From contig JANLUE010001505.1 in the NCBI GenBank assembly GCA_031363325.1, forward strand, positions 1 through 37,994: 37,994 nucleotides of DNA. The letters run 5' to 3'. The notes under the pieces were generated by a model that was not told where the DNA came from, searched no databases, and saw only the letters and a program-made list of their open reading frames with translations. Source of the stretch: Gemmataceae bacterium (GTDB taxonomy: Bacteria > Planctomycetota > Planctomycetia > Gemmatales > Gemmataceae). Positions 34,806 to 37,994 of this stretch are shown here, piece by piece. Numbering within the stretch: position 1 is the stretch's first letter; each line of letters opens with the position of its first letter. The translations under genes and the position numbers were made by a program.

Positions 34806-37136
34806 TCAGGGCACGAACACGTTGTCCCGCTCGAGCGGCAACTGGAACGCGTCGGCCACGCGAGTCATGTAGTGGCAGCGACACGCCCACCAGATCACAT
34901 CAATGGCCCGGTCGGGGCCGAAGTGACGCTTCAACTCCTCAATGTCCTTCGATGTGATGTTCCACGGCTCCCGGGACATCTTGCGAGCGTAGGCGAAGGC
35001 GACGCGCTCGGCCGGCGGGAAGCCGGTCCAGTCGCCGTCGGCCAACTTCTGCGTTCGTTCCCGGATGGCTTTGTCGTCGAGGCCCGCGACCGCGAGCAGC
35101 ATTTCGGTATGCCCCATTCAGTAAAAGCACTGAATTTCTCGGGTGATCACCCAAAACAAGAGTTCCTCGAAGACGCGGTCTTGTTTGGAGTCCTCGGCGA
35201 ACCAACGCATCCCGCCGGTCCACGGGGCGGCCAGGATCGGCGAATGGCCCAGGCATACGAGGCTCCACTTGATCCGCAACGGCTTGGCGTCCTTGGACAT
35301 GTACTTTTTCACGTCGTCGAACGTCGGGACCGAGACGCGCGGCTCACGGGCCTTCTGGGCGTCCATGAATTTTTGCAGGCCCGCGAAGTCGATGCTCCGC
35401 CAGTCCGGGTCCGTCACGCGTTCGAGTGTCGCGTCGGCGATCGCTTCGATCTTTGGTCGGGGCGGCGGGTTGCCGCCCTCCCACGGCTTCTGAAAACGTA
35501 CCCCGGTGGGCGGACCGTCGGGCAGGTCGGCGACGCCGAGCGAATGGAGCATCCGATCCTGGAAGTTGCCGAACGCCACCAATTGCACGAGCGCGACGAG
35601 CTTCGGGTCGCCGAGGTCCGTGCGGACGGCGGCCATTTGTTCGTCGGTCACCTTGTAGGCTGCGAGCGTGAGTTGCCGCGCCAACTTGAGAATACGCCGA
35701 GTTTCTTCGGTGAGTGCGGCCTGATCGCCGAGCATCGATTTCACTTCCGCATCCGTCCCGCCGGCCAACTTCAGGTCGGCGAGCGCGACTTCCTTCGAGG
35801 CCGGACAGCGGAGCACGTCGGCCACGGTCCAGCGAGCCATCGCCCGGAGCTTCGGATCGAGCGGGCTCTTGGTGCGATGTAGGTCGTCGAGTTCGAGGTA
35901 GGTGGCCGTCGCCCGGGGCAGCGAACGCGCGGTGATCTTCGCCCAGGCCGGCATTGGCCCGCCCTGACCGGTCGTCGCGAGCGGCAACTTGGTCCAGGCC
36001 TCCGTCGAAGGCGGCATCGGGAATCGTTGGGCCATCGCGCGTTCCTCGGCCAAGTACACGGCGATCTGCTGTTCCAGTTCGCCGGGCTTGAAGCCGAACG
36101 GGCCACGGCCGCCCTTGTACGCGACCTTGCCCGCCCGATCGATGAAATAGAGCCGATCCGGCATGCCGCTATACAGGTGGCCGACGTGGTCGTCGATTTT
36201 GTCGACGACCAGGGGGATCGTCATCTTGAGGGCGGCGCAACATTGCGACGCGACTTCGACGCGCTCCGCGTCCGTGGTCGGTTGATCGAACGTGACGCCC
36301 GCCTTGTCGTTCGAGGCGATGCGCCAGCCGCTCGTCGGGTGCGCTTCCCGCACGTAGACGTTGATGAATTGAACCTGATCGCCGTAGATCTGATGCAGAC
36401 GTTCGAGGCGCCCAAACTGGGCGCGATACGGGCCTCAGGTAAAGCTCCCGAAAATGAGCACCACCGGCTTCTTGTCCCGGCAGTCGCTCAAGGTGTAGGT
36501 TCGCTTGCCATCGAAGCTCGTCAGCGTGAAGTCCGGCGCTGCACTCTCGTGTTTCGGCCCTTCGGCACCGGAACCAAGTTCGCCCGTCATCAAGCCAATC
36601 AGAAGCGTGGCGGTCGATGGGCCGCCTCCACCAGGCGGCGGGCTCTTTGGGGGCGGTGGGAAAAGCAATTGACGCAGGTCGTCCGGCTCCATCGTGTCTT
36701 TGCAGCCGGTCGCCCGATCGAACAGGCCGGTCCATTCCGCTTTATTTAGTTTGCGGTCGGCGTTCTGGTCGCCGCGTCGAACGAGCGATCCCGCGATCGC
36801 CATCTGCTTCGAGTAGGTGCTACCGTCGGACCAGTCGAAATCGTCGGCCGTGATGAAGCCATCGCCATCCCGGTCAAGAGCTTTGAACGCCATCGCCGGC
36901 CCACCAAACTCGTCGGCGGAGACGCGGCCGTTCTTGTCGCGGTCGAACTGCTTCTGGAATCGAGCCCAGGAGTAGCGAACGTGGCTGTCCTTGAACCAGC
37001 CATCGCCCGGCCCCATCTGCGAGCCGGACAGGACGGCGTCGAGCATCTGCAAGAACTCGCCCCGCGGGCGAGTCGGCGGGTCGGCGAGGCCGATGGTCGG
37101 GAGGAATGCCATGAGTGCGAGCGGAAGTCGGGACAT
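34806..37136 (-). CDS. predicted secreted selenoprotein: signal peptide, EF-hands, deiodinase-like thioredoxin fold, tandem AhpD/CMD-like domains; two in-frame UGA codons read as Sec
   Basis: Three ORFs (36435..37172, 35118..36353, 34806..35117) are contiguous in one frame, separated only by TGA at 36435..37 and 35118..20. Conserved domains run straight across both TGAs: FGSFT-U-GPY...VYVREAHPTSGW, and ITREIQCFY-U-MGHTEMLL. The total is 776 aa from the ATG at 37136 (MSRLPLALMAFLPTIGLA). Confidence 0.7.
35082..35097 (-). promoter_or_regulatory. candidate SECIS hairpin for UGA-2
   Basis: The mRNA reads GCUCGC-GGUC-GCGGGC: a 6-bp stem including one G-U pair, with loop GGUC. The loop G residues are 27-28 nt after the UGA. 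Confidence 0.45.
36408..36424 (-). promoter_or_regulatory. candidate SECIS hairpin for UGA-1
   Basis: The mRNA reads GCGCCCA-GUU-UGGGCGC: a 7-bp perfect stem in a 17-nt element that begins at the 11th nt after the UGA. Confidence 0.55.
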
Positions 37137-37168
37137 ACGCAAAATTCCGGATCGGGCGCTCGGTCGAA

Positions 37169-37390
37169 TCAAGCTTTCGTCGATTCCGTCGTTCGGTTTC
37201 GCAGGTATTCTCGCAGCGCCGCATTGACCGCCGCCTCGTCCGCGAAGGCGGCAGCGACATCGTCCGCGAGACGAACCACACGAAGTCGCTCGCGATATCG
37301 ATCGAAGTATTTGCCGCGGACAACGCCTCGCAACGAACGAAAGTCGTAGTCCGACCGCAACTCGTCACTCGATTCAGGGGAAGTTGCCAT
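37169..37390 (-). CDS. brnA: BrnA-like antitoxin
   Basis: 73 aa from the ATG at 37390 (MATSPESSDELRSDYDFRSLRGVVRGKY...). The '(D/E)YDF...RG' pattern is typical of antitoxins paired with BrnT. It overlaps brnT by 17 nt. Confidence 0.65.
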   Translation of the reverse strand: MATSPESSDELRSDYDFRSLRGVVRGKYFDRYRERLRVVRLADDVAAAFADEAAVNAALREYLRNRTTESTKA

Positions 37391-37655
37391 CTTCGTAGTC
37401 CTTTCGCTCACCACGATTTGCTTCTCGCGCACTGATGATTCGAATTCGACCATCACGGTCGGTGTGAGATACGATGATCACACGGCCGCCATTTGACAAC
37501 CCCACTGTAATGTACCGATCTTCGTCGTCCGAGTGATCGGGATCGAAACCCGTCGCGGCCAATGGATCGCCGAAGACCGTCATCGCATCGCCAAAGGTGA
37601 CATCGTGTTTCCGGGCATTCGCATCCGCCTTCTCATCGTCCCATTCGAACTCCAT
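37374..37655 (-). CDS. brnT: BrnT-family (DUF497) toxin
   Basis: 93 aa. MEFEWDDEKADANARKHDVTFGDAMTVFGDP...RIISAREANRGERKDYE is the classic BrnT signature. Confidence 0.85.
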   Translation of the reverse strand: MEFEWDDEKADANARKHDVTFGDAMTVFGDPLAATGFDPDHSDDEDRYITVGLSNGGRVIIVSHTDRDGRIRIISAREANRGERKDYEDGNFP

Positions 37656-37717
37656 AACGGCTCCACGAACTTTGCATATTGCACTTGACCGTCGCCTTTG
37701 GAAGCCCGGAAACTCAA

Positions 37718-37994
37718 CTACTTTTTCCCCGCCCCCTGCTTCAACTCCATCACGCGGTCCACGTTCGGCACCTCATATTCCTCGGTGCCCGCGTCCTTGC
37801 CCGGCCAGCGGACGGTCAACTTGTCGACTTTCTCCACAAAGCCGAGGCCGAAGGTCACGGTCAATTCGCTCTGGCTCAGGTAGCCGCGGCCCGAGACGAC
37901 GTCGCGGGACTGCACTTTGCCGCCCGCTTCGATCGTCACGGTAGCCCCGATGGCCGAGCGGTTCGACTTTTTGCCGTCGCCTTGCAGGTTCAGT
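37718..37994 (-). CDS. ASPIC/UnbV domain protein (CRTAC1 family), C-terminal part; 5' end lies outside the window
   Basis: SGRGYLSQSELTVTFGLG...VDKLTVRWPG matches the UnbV_ASPIC C-terminal motif. The frame stays open to the window edge. Confidence 0.7.
   Translation of the reverse strand, partial: LNLQGDGKKSNRSAIGATVTIEAGGKVQSRDVVSGRGYLSQSELTVTFGLGFVEKVDKLTVRWPGKDAGTEEYEVPNVDRVMELKQGAGKK

Noticed and set aside
35118-36437. The alternative reading that the two TGA codons are ordinary stops separating three genes, or nonsense mutations in a pseudogene
   Set aside because: This is not fully excluded, but it is disfavoured. Both conserved domains are bisected exactly at redox-active residues. 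There are no other stops or frameshifts across 2.3 kb. Each TGA is followed by a suitably spaced hairpin. The pseudogene option is kept as the explicit refutation route in the findings.

Overview
High-GC (about 65%) bacterial chromosomal segment. The gene content looks like Planctomycetota, probably Gemmataceae-like: a DUF1549/DUF1553 protein, a translationally coupled ECF sigma factor and Ser/Thr kinase, and giant exoproteins with an 'RLxLExLxxRxxPA' N-terminus. This taxonomic call is inference only. The window holds central-carbon genes (zwf, pgi, apgM), two giant surface or secreted proteins, a Tat-tyrosinase cluster, a CheY-like regulator/rlmI/nagA cluster, a DUF481 porin-like protein, a brnTA toxin-antitoxin pair and several decayed accessory genes. 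I saw no rRNA, tRNA, CRISPR array, transposase or integrase. The strongest lead is a minus-strand reading frame (34806..37136) interrupted by two in-frame TGA codons. One falls on the catalytic residue of an iodothyronine-deiodinase-like thioredoxin fold (FGSFT-U-GPY). The other falls on the second redox residue of an AhpD/CMD-like motif (C-F-Y-U-M-G-H). Each is followed by a GC-rich hairpin with G and U in the loop, as expected for a bacterial SECIS. The prediction is a secreted, EF-hand-containing selenoprotein with two selenocysteines. Other leads: an (ACTGAGT)7 microsatellite plus an iteron-like 27-bp inverted repeat between the kinase and an RTX-repeat gene; a low-GC two-gene island next to a SUKH-like remnant; a decayed Septu-like ATPase/HNH pair; and a tyrosinase flanked by a coupled membrane protein and a free-standing copy of its own C-terminal domain. 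All homology calls are by-eye motif recognition. No database search was run.
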